A stretch of 64,000 nt of DNA from Trichoplax sp. H2 (Eukaryota): positions 62,001 to 126,000 of the forward strand of contig NOWV01000018.1 in NCBI GenBank assembly GCA_003344405.1, read 5' to 3'. The translations under genes were made by a program, and so were the position numbers. Positions 25,968-39,991 of this stretch are shown piece after piece. The notes below the pieces were generated by a model, which saw only the letters and a program-made list of their open reading frames with translations, was not told the origin of the DNA and did not search any database. Positions within the stretch are counted from its first letter, which is position 1. Each line of letters starts with the position of its first letter.

Positions 25968-28900
25968 ATGGCGAATAACCGTAGATTTGTTGACAGAATT
26001 GCCTTTCACCAGACACGACAGGCCGAAGAAACGGCTGAATTTGAACAAGTGATGCGCGAAGTTAAGACTACCAAAGATACCGCTACAAGGGTACGATTTC
26101 AATTACTTTATCTACTATCACCAAAGGGTTCTTTTTTCCTATTTCTTTTCTATTTTTTGCGGGGGGGAAATAATGCTACAACAACTTCATCAGTGGGTTA
26201 GCGTACTGTATCAACGTGGTGGTACAGTACTACTCTAGCGACTGGTGTATTTACAGTACACAACGGAGTAAAAGGCGATCACGCATCTCCGTGATATTTC
26301 ATGATCTAGCGTTATTTTTACAGTATAGTATTAAAATATCAGCCAGTTCTTCATCGTCGATGACTGCATCATGTTAGAATAAGATCACTTTCTTTCTGGT
26401 AGATTGCCACAAGCTCTTGTCTCAAGTATTACTTTGAAGGGGATTTTGATTATCTTGATGCCTTCTTTCTATTTGTGCTTGCGGTAGCAATCGTTTTCGT
26501 TTGGTCCTTTCTATGGGTTGTCAATGTCAACCTTAAGTGATTATCAATCTTTTCCAAAGTAGATGTACAAATTGTGTTATTTTTACCTTACACAATATAT
26601 CAAGTTGAGTTACCGTTGATGTTACAGCGAGCAAAGTTGGATATTACGTGTACAATTATCCTTTCTATGGGCTATGAATTATAGTTTGTACCCGCAGACG
26701 TTATTTTAAAAATTTTCCATCAGCATAAGACAAGTAGGAACTCACCATTACTCTAGTAGGTAATCCACTTTTCATACGATAACTGCTTGCTTGTACAGTT
26801 AGCGCATTCTAATATCCACTTTTTGTCAACACAGTGGAACGTTCAAAGTTTTAGAAGCAGCAGCAGTCATCCGAATTTCATAATTTTATATAGACTGGAC
26901 GTGTATGGATAGATAGACTTGGTTAGTCGACATCACTAGAGTGGATGCAGCCTAGTAATAATTATACAGATTGAAGTCGAAACGATCTATAAAGGACTGT
27001 AATGTACAGTAGTTGACTGGATAGTAAAGTAATAATAATATTGATGATAGCGATAGCGTGCTCCTCGTTATTACTTAGCATTCTTGATCCTAACTCTGTG
27101 TAGTACAGTAGCGTTTGTATTGTCTAGTAATGATTTTGAGTCTTATTCCATAGGTGAGGATAATTGTTACGTTTACCATAATCTGCCAACTGCCTAAGTG
27201 TTATTAGTGTATCATCGATTCGATTGAAGTTTTATGCGCATTTTAAAATAGATCCAATCCAGCTGCAATGCACCATACTTGTAGATGCGGTATTAGAGGG
27301 ACTAATATCTACTACCTAATTATTGACTGCATTCTTTTTTGAGATTTGAGTTCAAAAGTATTGGTAATCTTAATGAATTGTGCTCTGCATCATATACGGC
27401 GTTATTGACGATTGTACAGCACTCTTATATCTTTCCATTATAATTGATAAAGTAATACCTAGTTTAGAGAAATGAACTACAGTCAGTATTGTATTTTACA
27501 CTCAGATTCAACCGCTATAGTTGGTGTACTGGGGTCAAAAGAAGAAATGGCAAATTGTAGCTGATTTGCTAAAACAGTTTTGGATATTTATAAAAAGTGA
27601 TTAAAAAGCTCTTATGCTAGAAGAATGTACGTACAATACGAATAGTAGAGAATTACTATTGGAGTGGACATAAGCTAGACTGATCACTATATCCTATCAC
27701 CTATTTTTTCTACACTTATTGTCATCCTTTATACAGTGTATCTTGCTTCGTACTTGACCTTAGCCGTTGTACATTGATTGAATTTTGTGATCAGGTTGAT
27801 CGCTAACGAGTGGAATAAGCACTAGACGTTGATCGATTAATTAATTATCATTGCTACGTTGTATCTGCAACACTTCATGATATCCTTGTCCTGTCATAGT
27901 ACATTGTGAACGAGTTATCCAGTAAGTTTGCGCTCTGTTTGTAAACTTATACCTTTCATAGAAAAGGAATTTGCTATCAACCACATCTCTCGTCTCACTT
28001 AATCCTCGATTTATGTAATACTTTGGAAACCAGTAATATTCTAATGAGATGATACTTAAAGAAGGGAGATGGGTGTCGTCGATTGATGTATTTACTGTAT
28101 AGAGTATCTTTTGACTTGTTAATCAATCTACGTAAACGTGCAATTTTTATAGGCTATTACTCATCCTTTACAGTACTATACGGTTAAATTGATGCACGAT
28201 GATAGTAGCATAATCCGAGTAAAATTGAATGTTGTGCATACGGTGATGCAGTTTTATTTTTTTGTTCCTCTCATTTAATTTTGACGTTAATTTTCCCTTT
28301 TAAGATGGGTATCTATACACATTAATTCCTCTTGCCATTGTCTGTTTTTGCTTCCTACACTCATAATGAGTTTTCTTTTCAACAGTTACATCCACCATAT
28401 AGACAACCTATCATTAACAATTGCTACAGAAGTGAATCGCTACCGAATATTGGCGGTGAAAACAATACTATCGATTTACAGGTAAAGCCTTTTCTATTTG
28501 ATACAAGAAAATAGAATATTAACCAATTTATTACATCCAGTATACTTGTACCATCTCCATTGCCCTATGATATGATATCACTGACGGTGACTGAATATTG
28601 CGGGTTGTATCAAGTCATGACCAGGGACTCCTAAAGACAAAATGCAGGATTTTGTCTAAAAGTCCCTGTCATGACTCCGAGACTACTTCCATTCTACTGT
28701 ACTATGTTGGGAGGATGAACGAGTTTGAGTAGACATTTTTGTTGAATTCAATTGATCGATACTGTAGCTCGTGAAATAGAAGGCTAAAAGTGATGTAAGT
28801 CAGCAAGAAATGTCTGGGCAATAAATTGATGATGGATGATAAATGATGAATTGCTGATTATTAATTATAATTATTATTGTATACTCTTTTACCCTCCTGC

Positions 28901-31900
28901 TTAGCGCTTAGTCGCTTATACTATGCAGTTGATGGAGACGACATGCCGTGCTATCGTTTTGTTATCGTCAATTGAACTGGTTACGATATTTCTACATTGA
29001 AAAAATGGTTGAAAAAGTTTTTAGCATAAAGTCAGTTATTGAAAATGATGTTCTTCTAAAAAGCGATAGAGTACTGTACTTGCTGTACTTGTTTACATCA
29101 CCAAAAAGGCATCATTTTTATGCATGTTGTCAGCAATGGACGTTAACTTGAGAAATAACCTGGATAGCTGTCGTCAAGTCTTTGTGGGATAAAATTAATC
29201 TACTGATCAAACGAGTTGGCCATTCATGACGGACCTGCTATTTATTTATTTTACATTATTTTCTAAATAAATTTTACTATACAGTAGTACTTAGATATTT
29301 TTCATTTTTGAGTCGTCTATGATAGTATCTTTGAACTCTACTCTAGTCCAATTTCTACCATTAGTGTGCTTTTTGCAGAGGCGTCTTTGGCTTCTTCACT
29401 CTCCTACTGTTGCTACGGCTATGCGTTGTTACCTGTATTGTAGCGATAGACTGTAGTATGCAAGGAATTGAAGCGGCTTGAATTGTACGAGTGATTTTTT
29501 CCTCCATCAATCAACTACTGTACTCTTCTATTGCAGTATGAAGTTTGATATAGGCCAATTGATCGTGGATAGTTTCCTTTCTATGTAGAAATAAATCAAT
29601 TTCAATTTTGGACCATAGAAAATTGATGGGCGAAAAAATTTCACTGGCTGCTGGCAAAATATTGCACGCCATTGTACTGCATGTTGTACGATCTACCCCC
29701 CCCATCACCCTACTCTACTCTACTCTACTGTGACGCAAAATGTACCGTATACTGTAGTGTAGTGACTTCCTCATGAAAGACTTGGACGGCCAATACTAGT
29801 CTTGGCCGTCCCTGATACCGTACGTACTACAGTACGCAGCTACAGTACATGGATGCCTTGTACTGTACACTGTACACTGTATAAGGAGGGTGGTACTGCA
29901 TCAAGTGAGACTTGACACCACAGCCATTTCTAGCGTATGGCTGCTGCCATAGGCGTGAAACTGCGTCCAAATCCCAAGCCACTTGGCGCTTGGGTTCCTT
30001 ATGAAAAAAAAAAAAATCAATGTCCAAAATTGTCTTTCAAAATGGAGTTGAATGATACAATTTAGCTGATCTTAAATTGAATTACTACGTTAAATCAATG
30101 ACAGTAGTAGCTTACTACCCATTATAGCTACGTCATCAATTTTAAATTGCTCTGTAGCAATGATCACTCTGGAGAATCAACCTACCGTAGGTAGGCAGGA
30201 GTTTGATAGCAAAGGTAAAATTCATGTTGTGCCTATTTGCTTTCTGTCGTAATGGATTCATTAGATTGCTATTAATCGACAGTATACAATAGTCATCATT
30301 CGATAGGCTAAGAAAATACTGCTGTAATATTGTATGAGATTCGATTGGTGAAAAAAAATGGGACATCGGACCTACTCGACCATCATGACTGACGATTGTA
30401 GCGATTGACTTGGATTGATTGCCAATGGAAGATCTTCTTTCTCTCCCTTTCTTAGAATCGACAGTATAATAGTATAGAATCTACTGTTAAGTTAATAGTG
30501 TACAGTATTTGCAAAAGTCGTGACCTCTACCTATGCCAATGTACATGATGAAGAGTGGAATATAATACAGTACCATACGCTAACACCTTGCATGAATAAT
30601 TAATAAATATTGCTATGCGTAGGCAGTAAACTACAGCTACGATACGCTAATCGAGTTTATTTGCAATGGACGTCTCTCGATACGACTGCTACAATTCAAT
30701 CGATTGCGGACGGATAGACATTATTACTCTATTCAAATTGAATTTAATCTACTCTGCAAATGGACATAGTCTACGACCGTGTTTATTTGTGTGATGATCG
30801 ATAACTGCAAAGTATTGCTGTCAACATGAAGAAAAACATCAAAATTGACTTTGATGACTATTCAAATGAATATAACAGTAAAAATGAACAATTTTAAATT
30901 CATTATATAGTACTGTATCCTACTGTATACCATAGCTGCTTGTCCCTATGTTTGCGTCAGATGTTTTTTGTTAAGATTGTATCTAATCGTTGTAGATATA
31001 AAGACTTAAATTAAATGAACTTAAAAGAAAAAAAAAATGATTAGCCAAGACACGATCTATGTCTTGTTAGTAGTATGCAATACAGCCAGCGAGCGTTTTA
31101 GATGATAGGATACAAGTTGACTTTCTACAGTAAAGTACCAGAAAATGACTCTACTGACTATTGGACAACATCGGCATTTCTTTTACTTCTTCCCCTATCA
31201 TTACATACAATGAATTATAAGGCTGTATGTAGAATGCAATGATAAAAGTTGCCGTCATTTCACTCTTGTTTTACTTGTAATCCTTTGATCGAGATACGAC
31301 ACCCATTTTGGCATGAATATCAGACCCCTCGAGCATGTGGCATATGCTTGATTCTATATTCTTACTATCGACAGCAATGGGCTAGGATTAGCGTATCTAC
31401 TACAGTAATACACTGTTAAATTATCCGATAGACTACATCAATCGTTATGTTATTTCCAATTGATAATTAAGGTGTCGTATGTTTGGGGTTACATTTCTAT
31501 TATTTTAATTAATAATCTTACCCTTTTTTCCTTCTATATGATGAATAGGGAGCCTTAGATAATTTAAATCATTTAAGAGCAGGACATTCCAGTGAATTAT
31601 TGTTTGACAAAAGGGACAGACCACGCAGTACAAGTCCACGTCGGTCAATTTTAAATGATCGTCCTCGAATAGTATCCTATATTAATTCTTTTTAAAGTTG
31701 TATTCATTTGCTAGGGTACCATGACTATACGGTAATCATAATATAGAAGAAATGATGAAATGTAAAGACGGAATTTTATACGCAAGTGCTTATACAGATT
31801 CCATTATTCTAAGTTATTATTCACTTTGGATTACAATATCCTTGGTATTGATTCCATTTTCTTACTCTACATTATTTTCATCAATAAAATAATATCGAAC

Positions 31901-34900
31901 TATGCTTGACTTGGATCATCGATAGAAACGACATCTACTACTTCATAGTCATTACTTATATTGTTTGTATAGTATTGGTATAGCGGATTTCGTCATTCTC
32001 TACTTACTTTAGAGGATTAAACAAAAAACCAGTCGACTCTGTCTTATTCTTACAGTATACAGTTAATTGCAGTATCTACCGGATATTAGCGATCATGAAT
32101 GTTTTGTGCCATTTTTAAAGGATAGAAAAAAGATTTTTGCATTACTGAATTTTACTTATTATACCTTGTGTTCATTTTGGACACGCACCATCTATTTTGT
32201 AGTAGCTTCTATTAGTGTTATGTATCAACCATTTATGATTGTTATACTGTATTATAATATTTCATCGTGTTAATGGAATTTTAACCAATAGTATGCTTCA
32301 ATCATCTCGAATATTTTTTTTAATATTGATTCATAGTATTGCAATTATAGCCGCACTGATCGTACATTGTAACGTATGTACAAAATGAGTTACTATTATA
32401 GTAATTTGGATTTATGCCCTTCTATGTTAGCAATTTTTATAAAAATTCTATACGTATAAGATAACGGTAAATAGAAGCATTTTGTTTTGCAAAATTTTCC
32501 TTAACCAAAGACAAATAGAACGATTTAAATTCTCCTTATCCGCTATATTTGTCGCCGCCTGCAGAATCTAGTTGGAGAAGGTAAGTTTGAAGAATTGTAT
32601 AGAAGAATGCAATAGTTAAAAAGAATAATTCCAAATGTCTCATATTTCTGCGTTATGTTATTTATAGAAAATGTAGAGGTAACAATAGTATAGTGCGTAT
32701 TTAATTGAAAAATTGCATTCTTAGAAATTTTATTATACTCTAATGACAATATATTATTGAGTAAAAGTTATTTAAAAGTTTTATTGGACAACGACGTTAT
32801 AATTGACATTTTACTGTATAGTATTGATCCTGGTCTTAATACCGACATCTTACTAATGACGTTTCTGTTCATAATATGAACAATATTTTATGTTTTTACC
32901 ATCAATTCATTTTATTATATATCATTATACTTTCTCCGTATCCAATTAATCGTGTTGATAAGTGATTAATTTCAGTCTTTAGTAACCTTATGCCTACAAA
33001 GTGATAATCTATACATCTATAACGGATGAACTTTGGCGAGATTAATATACAGTAGTTTACCATAATATGTTGCATTATTAATAACAAGTAGCTCGATATT
33101 AAAACATAATTTATCCTCGTTGTACTCTAGTAACTTCATTTCTATTGTTTTTGGACACCAAAATTTAGTTTTTCTACGATTGTTGTAACAATTTTTAAGA
33201 TTAATTGAGTCAATTAGCTGAAACAACGAAAAATTGGAGCGTATATATTCGTACTAAAAGTACCAATACCTTTGTAGTGACAATTAGTAACTATCAATGT
33301 TGTCAATATTGTGCACTCAAAGATATTTTTACGAGTACTTGTATAATTTGGATAATTTTTATTGCTTGACTTAAGAGGACTACGTGGGATTAGAATTAAC
33401 ATGTTTTATCTAGCAGTTACATACAAAATATTACTTAACAATTTTTGTTATAGAATACAGTACTTAGCATGTTGATGATTATTTGATTTCCTATTAATAA
33501 CCCAATAATGTACAAACACTTAAAGTAAAAATTTAAATTTTAAAGAGCGCTATTTCAATATTTTAAGTATAAAAGGCTTTAAAACACAGGAATATACAGT
33601 ATACTGTAGTATTATTGAGTGCAGTCTCCCTAACATTAATACTAACTTAGAAAATGCTTCTGGTAACGAAATTCAGTTTTCTCATACGCCAACTGAAGTA
33701 TTTGCGTAGGTAGATCAAATACAAATAACTTAGCAACCTAATTACTTATTGATAAACAGTAAAATTCTTGCTATTCTTAATATTCCTTCCCACATTTATC
33801 TATATTTGTTATTGTGATTAAGTCAACTCGGAAATACAGTACAAATAGTAACGCTGCTAAAATACTACCCTAACTCTTTATAAGGACTGCAATTGTAATT
33901 AATACATTACTATACTTGCTTGCTTAAATGTTAATATGCAAATTAATACAGCACAAGTTTTTATATTACTCATACGCGACTCGAAAATTACATGATTTTT
34001 ACAACATGCGTGTTAAACTTCTTCTCTATTATACCATCTTTCCAGAGCAATTGTATGATTGATTATGAATTTTTTGATCATTAAGTTAGTGACTGTTAAA
34101 CTATTGGTTATACTATAATGATAAGCCTACAATACATATCATTAGTATGTAACGTATAATTTATCACCATTTCAAAAAATGATTTCATTGACATATCAAG
34201 AATTTTAATGTATGCAGTATATACGAATATACGATTGCATGTTATAATAGATAGCGCATCAGGATAGTGATTATAATTATCGATATCATCTGTTAACATT
34301 CTGTTATTATTCAGTAGTGATACTTCTCTTTTACTGTCGCTGTTTATTGTAAGATGTGATTGATATAATTTTTCTCTGTGCCCCTCTAGTTTTAGTTCTA
34401 GCTCACATGGAACAATCACCGTTTGCATTTTGTAATTTGTCAACGTACTTTATTTTGATCACGGTATCTGAGACAATATGACGCTCACATTTTAAGCACA
34501 ATTTTTTACTTAAACACTTTCAATTTTACTCAAAATACTTTTACCAGCTAATAATGTTCGTATATATTGTTGATTTCACTGAAGTATTGCTAAAAATAAG
34601 TTTTGTTATCCTTGATCTACGCCATCGCTATGCCATTTTTTGGTTATCTGATGTTGTTTTAATAGTCTCATACGATGATTCGATGTTATAAAATATAAAA
34701 AATAAAACTTTATGATATATAAAGTATCGCTTTGCCTTTGCTCGTATATAATTTATTGACTTTTTAATTGTTGCTTACTTCTGTATGTACTAATCATTGC
34801 AATAACTTATTGACAATGGATATATTTCAGAACGATTTCAGATTCTGCTTTGCATAGGAGCGCTATGTCACCAATGTCTGACAATGGATATCCACCAGAT

Positions 34901-37054
34901 AATAATCAAGGTAGTAAAGTTATCCATCACCCAGTTATTAATTCATAGCGCTCCAAAGTAGTACAGTACTGTTAAGTAATTTTGAATAAGATCCTAACTT
35001 GTGAACAATTTGGTTTTTTGATATATTACTAGATTAACGTAGAAAATATATTAAATGCCTTAGAGCTATTATTTTTCTAAGGCAATACAATCTGTCAGTT
35101 AGTATGCTAACGTGATAAGATTATACCTCGTCTTTAAATTGGTTTAAAGGTCTTGCAGTTATTTATCTACGTACCAGTTATATGTAAATTTGATATGTAT
35201 CTATCACTCTTGCTATAATTTTAGTGAGCTAATGAACTAAAAAATCTATTTAGCGGTTACTAATTCTGTGTGATTTTTTATAGTACCAAATTTATTCTAC
35301 TAGTTGTAATTTGTCGAAGATGCTTTCTATACTGTACTGATCGATGATCTAATATTTCTTTTCATTGCCCTTTAAAGCAATGACAGGATCTCCAACTCCA
35401 TCGATAGAGCTATCGCAGCAACTTTGGAAACAGGTCTGTTACCAGCTTGGATAATAAATAATCGTTGAACAGATCACTTACTGACTATTGATAATGATTA
35501 AGATGTATTATTTATGACATGCGAAGATACTGTCATTTTTTAGGGAATTATAGTTCTTTTCTTTTCGTTGCAAGTAATAAAAGAATTACTATCATTTTTG
35601 AATCATAATGCAACAACTATTCTTCGTAAACTCGGTCAATAATTAATTAAGATAACTATTTTATTATAGTCTAATAAGAGGTAAAATTTAGTACCTAGTG
35701 TGATAGATCAAGTCTTACGATATTAGTATAAGAAGTTAAAATACTTATTGAGTACTTTATTTTTGCTATATTTTTTACTTTTTATATACAATGGCCTAAA
35801 ATAATATTATTTCTGTTGATTGTATTATATTATATAGCAGCAACCAGTGGCTTCAGGCAATATGAAAAGGTATATTAATTGATATAATAAACCTAGTGTA
35901 AATAGTAAAAGTAATATATAAATTAGATAGTACGATATGACTGAATTTTCTTTACGTTGTAATTGTTGTTATTAGCCTTCCACCTAAGATGGCACCAGCT
36001 GCTGCTCTAGAAATGCAGCAAATGGGATCGGCGAATACTGGCTCCCTCCCAGATTTGTCTAGCCTTCAGTTCTGCTCGCCGTTAAAAACTCCATTAGATC
36101 CACCGACTGATCCGGATGACAGCGTGGGTAATCTGCGACCAAGCGGAGCGCTTCGTTCTCGTGCAGTTCGTCAAAGTTTACAACGTCGCCATACTCATAG
36201 CGGACCAAGTCCGCTGGTTGGACAACCCCGTCATAACATGCAACAGCTAAATGCTGTTTCAGGAGAGCCTGTGAAACAAGAAAAATATAATCAGCAGTAT
36301 GCACATTATCAACTTCCAAGGCAAATACCTCCAATGATGTATCGACAGATACAGCAGCAACAGCAGTCTCCAACTACTCAACAACCAGTAGAATTCACTT
36401 TACAATACAGTGGTAATAACCCTGTTAACTCTATCAGCCCATCGACTACTATGCAATCGATGGGATCTACTAGACCATCTATGTCCGCTTCGAATAACAA
36501 TTACTATCAGCAGCGGCAACAACAAGTAGTATTCACCAATTCCATGCAGTCGCAACTAGAGCCAGGCGGTTATAATAATTCCGTGGGCAATAATTTATCT
36601 CAGGTAAGTCCTTTATCTTGATCTAAATTCTTCTTCTCTTCGACTTATTCACACTTTTTTGCTAATAATTTTACTAATAGAGACCCTTTTAGCATTTCTA
36701 ATAAATATTTTTTATTACCGTAAAATACAGCAACAAAGGACAGCAAGCAATCCTAATCTTTCTAATGGCTATAACATGATGCCTCGGTCAAATGTAGCCA
36801 GGGATACCGGTAGCCATATACCTAATATTATTTTAACTGGAGAAATTGATGCAAACCAAAACTCTAATTACTTGTCGAATGAAATGGATAAGGAAGATGA
36901 TGTACTTGTTTCCGATGCTAATATGGGTACAGATCTATTTAATTTCCATGATCTCGATTCCATTGATTACGCTAACTTACAGCTATTGGATAATCCCGAG
37001 TTTATCGCTGACTCAGCTGCAGAGGCTGTATTTCGGTCAGATAGACTAGGATGA
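25968..37054 (+). CDS. CRTC: CREB-regulated transcription coactivator (CRTC/TORC), about 9 exons
   Basis: Exons ~25968-26090 (TORC_N: MANNRRFVDRIAFHQTRQAEETAEFEQVMREV), 28386-28481 (SESLPNIG), 31549-31671, 32519-32580 (SPYPLYLSPPAESSWR), 34831-34910 (RTISDSALHRS, SIK/AMPK-14-3-3 site), 35378-35433, 35838-35869, 35976-36603 (GSLPDLSSLQFCSPLKTPLDP), 36731-37054 (IPNIILT PxIxIT-like; TORC_C ..AAEAVFRSDRLG*). Phases are compatible throughout. Confidence 0.9.
28613..28676. repeat. Imperfect inverted repeat / 64-nt hairpin in CRTC intron 2
   Basis: Left arm agtcatgaccagggactcctaaagacaaaat; reverse complement of the right arm agtcatgacagggacttttagacaaaat; 5-nt loop gcagg. Confidence 0.85.
31672..32518 (+). 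other. U12-type (minor spliceosome) GT-AG intron in CRTC
   Basis: 5' splice site GTATCCTAT (U12 consensus RTATCCTTT). Branch point TTTTCCTTAACC at 32495-32506, about 14 nt upstream of the AG at 32517-32518, with no polypyrimidine tract. Phase-0 join preserves the CRTC reading frame. Confidence 0.85.
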
Positions 37055-39991
37055 TCCTATTTATCAAGTTACCAAGCTAAAGAGAAACTTGTACAGCATG
37101 ATCAGTATGACAATTAAGTTAGTTTGCGACAATGTACATATATGTAATGGTAACAAATGTTGTTGTAATAGATAAATCGATGATTGCAGAAGTTCTTTGT
37201 TACACACTGCATAGCGCTGCATGGATGCATGAATATTATTACTATTGTATCACTTTTGCAATAACTAGTAAGTTACTATAATGCTACTATACCCTATCGC
37301 TGCTCTAAATTGTTGTCTTAGCTCAATTTCGACCGTCAAGTCCTATACTTCGTATTGTAAATAATGTACAGATGTATGCAGTTTAGGCAGATACGCCACA
37401 ACATTTGTATTCCTAAGTAGATCTGTTGTGTCTCTTTGCTCTTTTTTAATCACATCAAAGAGAATGGGGTATCTGGTGGTCTATAGATTTTAAAAGTAAA
37501 TATGAAAGTTAAATTATTTTCCTTAATTAAGACACTTTTCTTATCTACCGATATTATGATTGTAATGAAAAAATTAGCTTCAGCGCTGCCGTACTTATCA
37601 ACTTTGCTAACTACTCTATCTATTGTATATGCAATTAGAATTTATGTGGTTATTGCATGTCACCATATTGAATAAGGTGTGTGTGTAAATGCGGTTTTAC
37701 TACATACTACTAGTAGTTAGATTCTTCTTTTGTAAAGCCTATAGATAAATTTGATACCTTCTACATTATTAATTATAAACGTAGTAGTTTCAGGCTAACA
37801 TGTATGCGTAATTTTAATTGATTGCAGTTATGATTTTACTGATTTATAGTCAATTGCAAGCTAGAGTATTGTACACCATATTATAGACAGATATCGATTG
37901 AAATTGACTTTGCTTTTCAATATAGACTGTCGTTATACCATACTAAGAGTATCCTATAAACTTTTCACATGTTGAAAGTTTCACTACGCAAAAACTTTAT
38001 TATTACTATATACCAAATCACTTTATAGGTACTGTTTTTGCAACTATTTGATGTATTATATCTGTATAGTGTATTGTATTGGTTATGTGATCAATTTTAC
38101 ATCCAAATTTAAATTAAAGTAAATGGAACGTTGTAAGACCAAATTTATAACCTATATCATCATTCATTAAAATCTATGAACGATTAGAACCTAATATCGC
38201 AGTATTTTAGTTCTTGTAAGTGATGTAAGATGCATCAAGAAGTAGTATAATATTACTCCACAAGGCCATAATGCGATGTACCGAGGTATTTACCGCAAAG
38301 ACTTACAGTAGCAATTTAATAAATTCATATGATAGTACAATTCGACAATTTCGTAAATTAATTTATAGTTTGTATTTATTTATATTATTGCACTAAGTAG
38401 GTATGTAGTAAGCTGTAGCATGATTTCACAGATATATTAACGGGAAACGAATATTTCTGGCAGTCAATGATGATACACTAATTGAACTATTGCAGAACAC
38501 CATGTATTTCTTTTACTGTCACATTCATAATTAATAATTTACTTCAAGTGTGCATTACAGTATATACGCACGTTCCCTATGAAATATCACCAAATTTCCT
38601 GTAACTGATAACTAACTCATTGGATTTGTTGTGAAAGTTACCTTAGGGAGAACTCTTTATCACTTATCATCGTATACAGTAGTTGCACACCCTTATTTCG
38701 TTCCTTAACTGAAGTATTACAGTATGAGATGCCTTTCTTTAGAGCTAGACATGAAATAGTATACGTATTGGATATGTGTATATAGTAGTGAACCATGCTA
38801 TACATTTAAAAATAATAAAGGGTGTCCTGTATATTTACTATTGATTCACGGCTTTAGAGATAGATAGTTGGTTCGGAATATCATACACTCCATCATATCG
38901 GTCAATTTTGTTTAACTTGGGCTCTACTGTGTAATTGCATGTTTATCATAGTAGTAAACTTCCGCCCTACAATACCTGCGTACTTCTTATATTTTATTTT
39001 ACATTAATGGCTAGTCGTTCAAATACTACTAATTTTTTCATTAATTGTTTGATCTTCATCAGTACATTAGATCTTAGTTGCAAGTCTAGCAATGAAGATT
39101 GTTCAATAACTTTTAGAATTTCCTTTCTTAACATCATCTTCGAATCTTCAAACTGCTACCAGACGCCAAGTAGAACAAATTGTAATGATATTTCATAGAT
39201 TTATCTTGCATACACGTATGATTAATTTTACCAAAAAGATGCCATTTTACGAATATAAACATATATAAATTATCAATGTTGAACAATGCCTGAAACAGAG
39301 AATCAAGGTAATGAATATAACGTTTTATTTTTTACTCAAGTAATGTTGCAATAACAGGTTATTATTAACAATTGACATAACGAAACGATGTAATTAATTA
39401 AGTATCGTAGTATCCTTTACAGTAAGTTTCATTTAAATTAATTATAAATCTTTTTTGATAGTAACATTATGTAAATTAGGTGATACAGTAATTAATTAAA
39501 CATTCCAACACATAGTAACTCTCATGCTACATAAGGTTAAGCGTATAAGTGCATATTACTAATAACAGAAGTGATATTCACAGCAATATGCTTTTCACAT
39601 AGATAATTACTACAATGGATAATGGTGTAGGTCATATCGTGGAATAAAAACAGCGGTATTAGTTAAAGAGCTAAAATCTGGAAGTAAACTTCATAAGGTC
39701 TGTACAAGCAAATAAAAATTTACTAAATTGTTGATTAAAATACACACAATTGTAACTAAATACAATAGACAGAATATACTCAGTAACTTAAGCAATTATA
39801 GTTATTCACAGTCGCTCGAATCATATTTAAATTGGTAATTGATTCTTGAATAAATAGCATTTGCACGTATATTATACTGCAATGATAGTCAAACTGTAGG
39901 ACTTGGAATACGAAAATTTGATCCTGTTTATAGTAATTTTATAAGATAAGGTCCTCACATTACAGTAAATAAATAAACACGCAATTTTTTC

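Noticed and set aside
34811-34891. 13-nt identity (tgacaatggatat) between an intron end and the following CRTC exon
   Set aside because: Too short to infer intron gain by duplication.
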